From the NCBI RefSeq assembly GCF_009914755.1, contig NC_060926.1: a stretch of 64,000 nt of DNA, one strand, 5' to 3'. Shown here one piece after another: positions 1 to 10,748 of the stretch. The DNA is from the human T2T-CHM13v2.0 reference genome, Homo sapiens. The position numbers were made by a program, and so were the translations under genes. The notes beneath the pieces are model-generated. The model saw only the letters and a program-made list of their open reading frames with translations. It had not been told where the DNA came from and did not search any database. Numbering within the stretch: the first letter of the stretch is position 1; each line of letters begins with the position of its first letter.

Positions 1-204
1 CTATTTTAACAATTGAATAAGACGTAAATATTAATGATCTAAACGTTTTTGTTTATACATATTTAAAGAACATTATAATTAAATAGTAAATCAGTGAGCG
101 GTACTTGTGATGATTATTTTTAATTATCCATTGAATACTTGAGTTTGGAAAACTGTAATAGAAAATGGGGAGCCACTGTTGGCTACTTCATTAGAGAGGC
201 TATC

Positions 205-400
205 AAAGCATAGTGGAAAACAGCCTTGATTATGTCCAAGACCTAGTTCACATCTTTGCTGTCTGAGTTCTTATGTGACTCTGAGTTATTAATTTGCTTC
301 CACATGTTGAAAATGGAGATAATTATATCTCAATGTGGCAAAATTCAGTGAGATTATAATGTATTAAGTATCCCATATGCTACTTAAACTTAGTAATGTT
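205..400 (+). mobile_element. MIR SINE fragment
   Basis: Degenerate MIR core-like words (gcatagtgga..., tgtgactctg..., aaaatggagataatta, tgagattataatgta); highly diverged. Confidence 0.5.
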
Positions 401-957
401 AACTTCTCCTTTTATATCCCTGAATTTTCATTTTATTTTCTATAAAATGGAAACCTTAATACACACCTGACAAAGCTGTCGTAAGTGTGATGAAATATGG
501 TAGAATCATGTTCTTGTTAAGAAGGGATAAAAAATGGCTCCAGCTGCTCCTTTCCTATGAGAAGAGACAAAATGGTGATTTTTTCCATTATGGAACAAGT
601 ATCACTAGAGTGACTTCTTAGTATTATCCCTGTAAGATAAGTAGGCATGCATTTTCCTAGGGAAGAGGTATATAAACAAGAACTTTTTATGAGAGTTTAG
701 GTGTCTGTGTGGGTGAGACCTTTAAAAGGCTCTCCACCCTAACACATGTTGGTAAGCGAGATTCTGAAAAGGGGTGAACTAATTTTCATAATCACCTCAG
801 CAACCTATTGAAAGGAAGAAAATCTAGACACAAAAACTTTCTTCCGAAGCGTCAAATTTAGGGAAACTCGGCAAAGTGGACTAGGATCAGCTTTGATCAA
901 CTCTGATGAAGAAGGATGAAAAAATTATGATGAAGCAAGAAAGATTATTATATTGAC

Positions 958-1210
958 AATAGTAGCTACCATTTGTTGAAAAGTTCTATGAGTCAGATAT
1001 ATTTCTACATGCTTTGTATGCATTAAATTTATTTATTACCCATAACAGCCTTGTGCTACATGCATTTTTTATGTCTATATGTCTATTATAGAGGAGAATA
1101 TTAAGGCACAAAGAAAGTTAGGTAACTTCTTCAAAGACACACAGCTGATAGTTTACAGAGATGTTTGAACCCAGACAAATTGGCTTCGGAGTCTATCTTG
1201 CTAACCACTT
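958..1210 (-). mobile_element. MIR SINE
   Basis: aatagtagctaccatttgttga...gaggagaatattaaggcacaaagaaagttaggtaactt...tttgaacccagac...ctaaccact, the reverse-strand MIR pattern. Confidence 0.75.
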
Positions 1211-1619
1211 TGTAGGACTGCCTCTTTTCCATGGTGCCACATGGTTAGATTTTATCTAAGTGGGCAAGGAGTTAGGGTGGTACTTGATCCTGAATGTGAT
1301 GAATTATGAACAATGTCCTAATAGTGCAGAAAGGATGTGTGGACACAGGAAACCACATTATTCACCAGAGGACTTTTCTTGTGTTGAAGTCAATTTCTCA
1401 GTCCATGAAACAGGCCCTGGACTTGTTTTCAAATTGATGAAATAGGGGTCAACAGCAATAGCTTCTCGGATATCCTACATACTAATAGGCACACAGAAAT
1501 TTTTAAACTTACTGGATGGGAGGCAATGTAGTTGGAGAAGGTAGGATGAACCTGTGGTAACTGAAGCATGTGAAGGCGTAAGCATGGTAGTTTGGTTATC
1601 TAGGGACACAAGAATATTA

Positions 1620-1955
<336 letters not shown>

Positions 1956-2093
1956 TCAAACATCTAATTTATACAAATAACATCATTTTGCAAACCACAT
2001 GTCATTACATAAAGGTTAGTATCCTTTATCTCCCACTGCCTACCTGTATGAACATGCATGTTTGAAATAAAAATTGAATTTAACATATTATTA

Positions 2094-2172
2094 GTAAAAT
2101 GCATGGTTGGTAGTAGGAGGAAGGTTAATATAATCAATCCTGGTATCAGGAAGAGGGAGGTCTGATATGCTT
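2094..2172 (+). repeat. Unique-sequence segment duplicated at 3109-3187 (direct)
   Basis: 79 bp, 6 mismatches by manual alignment. Confidence 0.92.
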
Positions 2173-3108
2173 CTGTTCGATGTGTTGTTTGGACCCTTGC
2201 TGATGTCTGTGCCTATCAACCGATTTGGTCACTTGGTGACTTGACCTGTTGTTTCCTGAGTTGTGTGTCTTGAGGCTCCTGTTTTATTTGTAAATTACGC
2301 TGCACACACCTCTGAAGTCCATATGCTCTGCCATACCCTCTAGTTCTAACGTGCATGTTCTGTCTAGCCTTCTTATTCCAACCAGAGGCCTACTATGGAA
2401 TAATGATGCTCTGGGCCAAGATTTATATTTGGGAACCTAAAACTCTTTGCTACTATCTGTTTTCTGTGCTGGATTCTAGCTTGCAGGTTTTTTTTTTTTC
2501 TGTTTTTGTTTTTATTTTTTTGTAATGCTTCCTGTCAGTCCATCCTCCTGTATCCTTCCCTCAAGTCATTTCAAATCTATCTTTTGGTCAGCAGCATATG
2601 GTTAGTTCCTGCATCATGCTGAATACAAGGTTCCCTCTGAGGAGATTGGGGTTTCCCTGAGATGGCCACTGAGAAGCTGGAGAAAGACCTGCTCTAGGAT
2701 TCCTTCAGCGCTGTGGCTTTTATCTAACTCACCTCTGGGGATTTTAACCATTAGCATTCAGAAAGTAGTCCATTCAGGTCTGCCCTTTGCCCTCTAGCTT
2801 CCTCTCTTTTTTTGACCTCTACTTTCCCTGGTTTTAGAATCTTCCTTTGTCTCTAATCTGACTCCTGGCCTTGCCTTAATATTAGAGAGGCTACAGGGCT
2901 AAATCCCAATTTCAGAGAAGGGAATATATGTTGGGAAATATTTTAAAAATTACAGGCACATGATACAAATGTACTTAAATATCATTAATTTTCCTAAAAG
3001 TATTTATTGTAAGGCTATTTCATATTTTATAAAAGCAGAAAGAAAGAGGAAAGTCAGTCACCCAAATGACTTGTTGACTATATACAAAATACCTAACCTT
3101 TTATGTTG

Positions 3109-3390
3109 GTAAAACGCATGGTTGGTTGTAGGATGAAGGTTAATACAATCAATCCTGGTATCAGGAAGAGGAAGGTCTGATATACTTTTGTGTATATGCT
3201 TATGTGTTTTTGCCTGTAAGTGCCAAATGGAACCATTAACTTTTAAAATGACGAACAGAAAACTGTGCATTTTGCAATCAATTACTTTAGGAATCATTTT
3301 TAAAACTTTCGTATAAGATCCGACTAACTGAGCACTTACTATTTACTATATTATGGAATACATATACATATATATATTCATAATATAAAA
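3109..3390. repeat. Composite templated insertion: direct copy of 2094-2172 plus inverted copy of 4035-4215
   Basis: 3109-3187 matches 2094-2172; 3210-3390 is the reverse complement of 4035-4215 (ttgcctgtaagtgccaaatggaacc vs ggttccatttggtacttacaggcaa). Confidence 0.9.
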
Positions 3391-3794
3391 ATCCCAAGCT
3401 CTTCAAAGGGAACCTTGTATTCAGCATGGTGCAGGAACTAACCACATGCTACTGACCAAAAGATAGATTCGAAATGACTTGATGGAAGTATAGAGGAGGG
3501 TGGACTGTTAGGAAGCATTAAAAATATCAATCAATCCTAACCTCTTATGTTCAATCTAAACATATCTGCATTTTCTGCCTAATAGCTCTCAGTGGTCATA
3601 TTGGTGCCATGTAACAATGCCTAGACTGGTGAGAAATACAAAAATTTCAGTTCTGCCCATGATAATCCTTAACACTTGGACTCATTTAGGATTTTGACAG
3701 TTCAGAACATTCACTAAAGAAGAAAGTGGATATAGTACAGACTGTCACTATATTCATCTTTATCTTTAGTCTATTCAAATGTTTAATCTGCTAG

Positions 3795-4100
3795 TATTAG
3801 TATGACAGTTAAGGGTACAGTGAATGGAAATAGCTTGCACTTTTTATTCTGGATTAAACTCCTAGCTTCATTATACCTGATTACAGCTATATTATAGCTG
3901 ATTATAGCTGAATACATTGGAAGAAATTGTCTCTTTGAATCACAATTTTTTCACTTGTGTAACAAGGTTAATAACATGCACCTTGTAAGATTGGCATGAA
4001 GAGGTATATATGTATATGTGTGTATATTTATATGTTTTATATTATAAACATATATGTATAGGTATTCCATAATACAGTAAATAGTAAGTGCTCAATTAGT
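3795..4100 (+). mobile_element. MIR SINE interrupted by a (TA/TG)-rich tract
   Basis: ctggattaaactcctagcttc...tctctttgaatcacaatttttt...aataacatgcaccttgtaagattg...atagtaagtgctcaat. Confidence 0.6.
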
Positions 4101-4977
4101 GGGATCTTATATGAAAGTTGTTTAAATGATTCCTAAAGTAATTGATTGCAAAATGCATAGTTTTCTCCTTGTCATTTTATAAGTTAGGATGGTTCCATTT
4201 GGTACTTACAGGCAACGTGAAATACTAAAACAGAAAATTATTTGTATTGTGTTGGGTGTACCATGGTCATGCTAAATGCTATGTAGTTCTTTTATTTTTT
4301 CTCTAATATTAAATTAGATTGGAGTGAATAAGTTTCACAGGTAAGTTTTGAAAATAATTGCTTTTCAATCTTCTCTGTTGAGTGAGAAATCATTTTGTAT
4401 AATCAAATAATAAAACTTTGATAGTCGTCAGCTTCAGACTTAGTTGTAGTTAATGCTCTTAAAACCCTGTCACATACTTTCAGTGGGACAGAGCCATAGG
4501 GCATCTGTTTGCACAGTCCTTTTAAATTCTAATAAGGTTTTCTGAAGCATATTCTAATAAAGTTTTCTAATAAGGTTTTCTGAAGGTACTGGAAGTCCCT
4601 CCCCACTGCTTCGGTGCTGGCTCAGAGGCAAGTCTCCTCTTTCATCTTCAAACAACTTCAAAGTTTATTTTTGAAATAAGGGTTTCTTTTCCCATGGAAT
4701 TCAAAGATCTTTGTGGCCTCATGTGAGGAAAGGAGCTCCTAGCTTTCAGAAATGTGTTTAAACAACCGCTGATGTCTTAGTGCCTTGCTAGTAGGCCTTG
4801 CTGACCTTCAAAAGTGTTCAGTTTTCTTTACCTTTGTTTCTTGGTCAGCTTGATTGAAGCTGAAGGAGGACCCTGGGGCCTAAGAGAAACTGCTGTATCT
4901 GAAATAATGAAATGCCTGGAAAATGCCTTTCCCCGCTCTACCTATGGATTGTTGAGAGATTTAAAAATTAACTTTAG

Positions 4978-5115
4978 GGAGGATGGAAGGGAGAAAAGGG
5001 GAGGGAGGTAGAGAGGAAGGTAGGAAGAAAGGAAAGAAGAGAGTGAGTGGAAAAGAGGAAAGGAAGAAGAGAGAGAGGAAAGAAGGGAAGGAAGAAAGGG
5101 AGGATGGAAGGAAGA
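4978..5115 (+). repeat. GA-rich low-complexity tract
   Basis: Purine-dominated ggaa/gaga repeats. Confidence 0.9.
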
Positions 5116-5312
5116 AACTTTCCACTTGTGCACATTCCTTTCGTTTACCCTACACTGATTTTTTTTGTTTGTTTTCATTTGGAAGCTGAGCTATTCTCCT
5201 CCCACTCCTTCTCCATTTGAAAATTTCAATCCTCCCGGGATGACAGTTCGCTTGCCAGGAGGCTGTCAGGTGCTCTGCTCAGACCACACCCCTACTACTA
5301 TAATTAATGCAG

Positions 5313-5377
5313 GTGCTGGGACTGGGAGGACCACAGCAGCCAGTAATCCCTGGCTCTCTCATAGCATCTGCCTCCAG
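5313..5377 (+). pseudogene. Putative first coding exon of a PGBD1/2-like pseudogene, (M>I)ASASR
   Basis: Possible acceptor aatgcag| at 5312; ATA GCA TCT GCC TCC AG|gtaaac at 5361-5383 parallels the recalled PGBD2 start MASTSR with a phase-2 intron; ATG appears mutated to ATA. Confidence 0.6.
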
Positions 5378-6913
5378 GTAAACCTGTCATTTGCTGTAAC
5401 TCTCTGGTATTGACCTTTTTTAGCATCTGGAGAGATGTGATTCATTTTTGGGAGTGTCATTGGAGCTGATGAAAGAGAAAGGAGGAGAGAGGTCTCTTGG
5501 GGATTTTTGAAACCAATGTAGAATATTTCTGTCCCAATAACTCCTGTCAGAGAATTGTTGAAAGCTTTCCTTAGGCACAGAAAAACTGGATCTAAGGTCT
5601 TGCCCCATCCCCCTTTTTGTGTCTCATTTCTGTGTGCTTGTATCAGGATTATTATCACTCCTCATGTGATGTGTATTGTATTGTTTGCTACTTTTAATGA
5701 ATATATGCTTTCTCTCTACCAGTGGATCTTTAGCTTTTTCAGGGCAAGATGTCTTTTAATATCCGTTAGTGTTCCACACTTCTCTTTGCAGTGATCTTCC
5801 TAGTAAGTGCTTGAAAATAATCAATGACATTTTTTTCCTTCAGTCAAGAAGGATAGTATATTTAGCATGGAATTTTGCTTCTGTAGGAAAAAGGAAGAAA
5901 TCTGTGAGGGGCAATCTGTCTCTTTTTTGTGAGATGGTAAAACATACTCTTTAAAATTTTTACTTTTGTTTAGGGTCTGTCATTTAGTGTGGAAAAATAT
6001 GAGAAGTCACTGCAAACTTTTTCAAATAATATCAAACATATTACAAAATATAAAGCCTTTATCTTTCTCTGTTATTTTTATTAAAAATAGCCCAAACCAT
6101 GTAATACCTAATATAATAACTTCTGGAATTAATACTGAGTATAGCCTGAAATTTCAATTCATTAGTTTTTCTCTGTTCAAATTCAAGATATTAGAAAAAT
6201 AGACCAATGCCCAATTTTATATAAATGAAAAATTTTAGAACTGAAAAGGGCAAATCATATCTCATTAAGGGAGACAATAGATAGATAAAAGAGTGAAAGA
6301 GAAAGAGAGAGAGAAAAAAATCTAAATAACAGAATACACCTTGGATTTGATCATCCTCTTTATAGAGCAGACTCCTTTGGCCAACAGCCATAACTTTACT
6401 CTTAAGGAGCTGATTTTGCACTTTATACTCCGTGTAAGCTCACTATATTCTATGGGTGGATACTTACTTGGGTGGGCAAGTTGGGCTTTAGGCCAGCTTT
6501 TTAAGAAGAATGAAGTCTTTTGAGAAATAATAAATAGGCAAGTAGCCTAGTGTTTCCTGAGCTAAACATATGTCACAATCCATCCTGATCCAGTGTTTCA
6601 CCCAAACTAATGATGAAAGTGGATGTAGTAGAAACTGTCACTATATTCATGTACAGTCAGATTTTCACCATCTTGCAGCTTCCATTTGCATGTATTCATT
6701 TGTATTGAGTTGCCCTGCCTTGATGATTTTGAATCTCTCAAGGGAGCTTCAACTCAGCAGCAGCCAAGGGGATAAATGGCTGCTTTGCAGACAATCTGAT
6801 AAGCTTTCAGAAGACAAGCCCCTCTCGAGGCCCTATCTGTTAACACATAATATTTACTTTGCCCAGTTCTGGCTCACCTCTCTTTTCCTGTTAACTTGTA
6901 ACCTATATTTCAG

Positions 6914-8663
6914 GCACCTATCATCTGAGAGTCTTACCATATCTTCTGGAATGCCTTGTGAAACTGGAAGATATTCTGCTGCACTGGAAGAAGGTGCCCC
7001 AAGTCATGGAATCAGCCCACCTACGTCACTCCCACCCTCCATCCCAGACTACACCATGAGGATAGCAATGTTGAAGACTGAGGAGGAAAGGAGGCAGGCA
7101 AGAAAAACAACTTGCCCAGAAGCATGATTCAGAGGATTATAGTCCAGGTGGCAGCATCTCCGACCCAGGGATAGAACCTGTCGGGAAGAAGGCAAAGAAG
7201 TTAAGAGTTCCTATGCAGAAATTAATGAAAAGAGACATCAGACCAGATTTTTCAAAGTGGTCCACACTAGACTCTCAAATTTTAAGACTTCATAGCCAAA
7301 ATCTAAGTATAAAGAGATCATTTGTATTATTTCCAGATGAAGACACAATTAACATCATTGTGAATGAAACCAACCGTTATGCATCTCGAAAGAAGCTAGA
7401 CCTTGGGCTCACTTTAAAAAACTGAAGTAAGTTTGGGGTGTTCTTATTTTAAATGAATGTGTTCTGTATTAAAAGAAGAGGATGCTTTTGGAAAACTTTC
7501 CAGATATACATCATAGCTTAATCACAAATGCAATGAGAAGAGACAGGTTCAAAAGTCTTTTTCAACTTCTGATGATCATAGCCATATTGATGAAGTGAAA
7601 AAAATTAACAGTAATGATGTCTTTCACTACCAAAATAAGTTAAAAATTCAAATTATATACACCCTAACAAAAGTTCTACATCTTTGACAAGTCCATGAGT
7701 ATTTTGGGCATCACAGATTTAATCAATCCCTAGAGAGAAAACCATTTCAGTTTGAGCATAAAATTCGGCGACTGATAACTTAGATTGGCTATTTGGCTTG
7801 AATTGAATCCTACCAAGCAAAATCATTAGTTTCTATAAACATGGGGCTTGAGTTGGGAGACAGTCTGGGGATGAATACTGCTAATACTCTAGGAACAAGG
7901 CTAATACTTCTGTCACTTATGTTTCAATGACTCTTCACCAGCATCAAGCAGCTGACAGCTTTGAAGGGGAAAGGAATCCAGGCAACATGAATGATTCATG
8001 AAAATAAGACTGAACAGTGCTTTCTCAAAAACTGCACAGAACTAAAAAACTGGAAGAGAGGGATGTCTGATTTCCAAATGGACAAACAGAAAGATAGTAG
8101 TGTGCCAGTGACATGGCAATGACATCATTATCATCTGCTCTGAGGTGGTAGGTACTAAGACTTTGGAAAAGGTCATACACTATTCAACAGCAGCCAAAAA
8201 GAAGTTTAAGTCAATCAACAGAAGATGTGCACATTTTCAATGCATGCATTGAAAGAGAACACTGGGAATGTGAAATAGATGGATCAGAATATCTCCAAAC
8301 ACATTATTAAAGTTAGAGGTAAGAAGCAGTACTCCAGCTTCATCAGTTACATCAATCTGATCATTAACAATAATATCAGCTGCACAAGATCTATACCAGT
8401 GAGTCTGGGTTAGACCTGCTGACTTTCCAAAGATATGTTGCATATTTTTACTTGCAATACAATGAAGAACCACTAGGACAGGGGAACAGAGGGAAGTACA
8501 CCCAATTAGGAACAGGGATCAGATATAATTTGACATTATACTGGATACTCATTAAGATAAAAAAACACATAAGAAAACAGGCATGTGTCATTCTATACCA
8601 GGTATGAAAAATATCAGCTAAATTTACATGCAAAATGTTTCAGAAACATATTACAAAAAATAG
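6914..8663 (+). pseudogene. Degenerate piggyBac-derived transposase of the PGBD1/PGBD2 clade (main exon), with multiple stops and frameshifts
   Basis: Colinear motifs: KLEDIL..ALEEG (6961-7000); KRDIRPDFSKW...DEDTINIIVNETNRYA (ORF 7213-7425); MRRDRF (7533-7550); FDKSM (7683-7697); GYLA*IESYQ; HLCFND/FTSIKQLTALKGKGIQAT (7914-7987); MDQNISKHIIKVRGKKQYSSFISY (from 8279); LDLLTFQRYVAYFYLQYN; GMCHS..TRYEKYQLNLHAKCFR; TAG at 8661-8663. Pyrimidine-rich acceptor ...tatttcag| at 6913. Confidence 0.92.
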
Positions 8664-8789
8664 TTTCTGAGATATTGGCAGTTATTTGCATTCCAGAATT
8701 CCTGAGTATACCATTAATATTATGTTTTATTTTGTTATTGTGTGTTTCCTAGCAAAATATTAAGTTTTGGTATCTCATTGATATACATG

Positions 8790-8842
8790 TAGGAACAAGA
8801 GTAATACCTCTATAACTTATGTTTTAATGACTCTTCACCAGC
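8790..8842 (+). repeat. Direct copy of 7890-7942 (internal to the transposase fossil)
   Basis: 53 bp, 6 mismatches, offset 900 bp. Confidence 0.9.
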
Positions 8843-9032
8843 CTGGGCAACAGAGCAAAGGCTGGAGTATAGTGGCGTGATCACAGCTTACAGCAACCTC
8901 AAACTTTTGGGCTTAAGTGATTTCCTGTCTCAGCCTACTGAGTAGCTGAGACTATAGGTGCATACCACCATGCCTGGCTAATTTCCAAAACAAAGTTTTT
9001 GTAGAGACCAGGTATTGCCATACTGTCCAGCC
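8843..9032 (-). mobile_element. AluJ/FRAM-type fragment with a micro-inverted end
   Basis: ggctggagtatagtggcgtgatcacagctta...gtagagaccagg on the minus strand; the preceding cctgggcaacagagcaa is the Alu end in the opposite orientation. Confidence 0.85.
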
Positions 9033-9089
9033 TTATTATTTTAAAGAGAATATTAGTATTATTTCCCTGAGAAAATAATCAATGCATAA

Positions 9090-9375
9090 TTTAAAAAATT
9101 GATACATAATAGATGTACATATTTGGGGTTACATACGATAATTTAATACATTCATATGATTTGTAAAGATTAAATCAGTGTAATTGGTATATCTATCACC
9201 TTAAATATTTGTTATTTTTAATGCTAGAAACATTAAAATTATTCTCTTCTATTTCAAAATAAACAATAGATTATTGTAAATTATAGTCACCCTACAGATC
9301 TATCAAATAGTAGATCTTGTTTATTCTATCAAAGTGTATATTTGTACTCATTAATCAACCTCTCTCATCCCTTCT
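9090..9375 (-). mobile_element. L1MA 3' end fragment
   Basis: aattgatacataatagatgtacatattt...aatcagtgtaattggtatatctatcacctta...atagtcaccctac. Confidence 0.8.
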
Positions 9376-9467
9376 CCATAAATATTTTCACATTTTTGAA
9401 AGGCCTCGGCTTTCTGATAAAGAACACTAGTAAGCTGACTTAAAGGACTTTTGAATAATAAACATGC

Positions 9468-10178
9468 TATATTAGTCAAGATTCTCCAGGGGGACAGAAC
9501 CAATGGGATATATGTAAACGTGTGTGTGTATACATATACATACATATGTATTAGTGTGTGTACACATATACATACATATATATTAGTGTGTATATACATA
9601 TACATACATATGTATACATTTCTGTATGTATATGTATACACACACACAAATTTAGGAATTTATTAGGGAGAATTGGCTAACACAATTACAAAGACAAAAT
9701 TCCACGATAGGCTGTCTGCAACCTGGGGAATAAGAAAAGCTAGTAGCATGGCTCCCAGGAAAAGAGGTGCTGTTGCTCAGTCTAAGTTAGAAAGCCTTAA
9801 AACCCGGAAAACTGATGATGGCCTAAGATCCCCTGGGAGGGCAATGGTACAAGTTCCATCAGAGTCCCAAAGGCTGAAGAACCTGGAGTCTGATGTTCAC
9901 AGACAGGAGGAGAAAAGGCCTCCTGCTACAGAAGGAAGAGAGAGGAAGCCATACAAGCTGAATGCCCCCTTTCTTCCATCTGCTTTGTTCTAGCAGCACC
10001 CACAGCTGACTCAATGGTGCCCTCTCATATTGAGGGCAAGGCTCCCTCTCCCAGTCCACTGACTTGCATGTCAATCTCTTCTGGGAACACCCTCAAAGAC
10101 ACACCCAGAAACAATGCTTCATCAGGCATCGGGGCATCCCTCACTCCAGTTAAGTTAACACCTAATATTAGTCATCAC
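9468..10178 (-). mobile_element. MLT2 (ERVL) LTR containing a (TG/TA)n tract at about 9507-9648
   Basis: tattagtcaagattctccaggg..acagaaccaatggga; gataggctgtctgcaacctgggg; ends aagttaacacctaatattagtcatcaca. Confidence 0.85.
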
Positions 10179-10316
10179 ACACCTTGGAGGTTAGGAGTAT
10201 TTAAACACTTATCTTCTAGGAACCATTTGCTTACATTCCAGGTGCAATACACCTAACAACCTCACCCTCTCACTGCAGAGGATTTCATAGTAAAAATACA
10301 TATTGCTCCTCCTCTC

Positions 10317-10748
10317 TGTCTTAGTCTATTTTGTGTTGCTATAAGGGAAAACCTGAGCCTGGGTAATTTGTAAGAAAAAAAAAAAAGGTTTATTTGTGTC
10401 ACAATTCTGGAGAGCTCAAGTTTGGGCACCTGCATCTAGTGAGGGCCTCAGGCTGTCTCCACTCGTGAAGGAAGGCAAAGTAGAGCCAGATGTGCACTAC
10501 ATGGTGAGAAAGGAAGAAAGAGAGAGGGAAGGGAGATGCTAGGCTCCTTTTAACAACCAGTTCTTGCAAGAATGGATACAGTGAGAACTCAAGGACCCTG
10601 CCCAGCCCCCAAGGAGGGTATTAATCTGTTCATAAGAAATCCACCCCCATGACCCAAACATTTCCCATTTGGCCCCACTCCCAGCATTAGGAACCAAATT
10701 TAAACATGAGATTTGGTGGGGAAAAACAAACCATATCCAAACTATAGC
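10317..10748 (-). mobile_element. MST-type MaLR LTR
   Basis: tgtcttagtctattttgtgttgctataaggg...ctgggtaatttg...aacatgagatttgg...ccaaactatagca. Confidence 0.88.

Noticed and set aside
3210-4215. Inverted repeat as the TIRs of a DNA transposon or MITE
   Set aside because: One arm includes the tail of a MIR, there is no TSD, and the other arm is joined to a separate direct duplication. A templated insertion fits better.
4527-4586. Short tandem duplications (also about 11390, 21832, 22068, 43066, 51489, 54566)
   Set aside because: Common slippage or end-joining products; individually unremarkable and counted only in the regional pattern.
6570-7127. 185-aa ORF as an intact gene
   Set aside because: Its first 115 codons lie in the putative intron. 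Only short stretches after 6914 are in frame with the transposase fossil, so it is a chance read-through.
4400-9100. Autonomous piggyBac with TIRs (MER75/MER85/Looper-like)
   Set aside because: No TTAA-CCY...RGG-TTAA termini were found by eye around the transposase region, and the splice architecture argues for a host gene.
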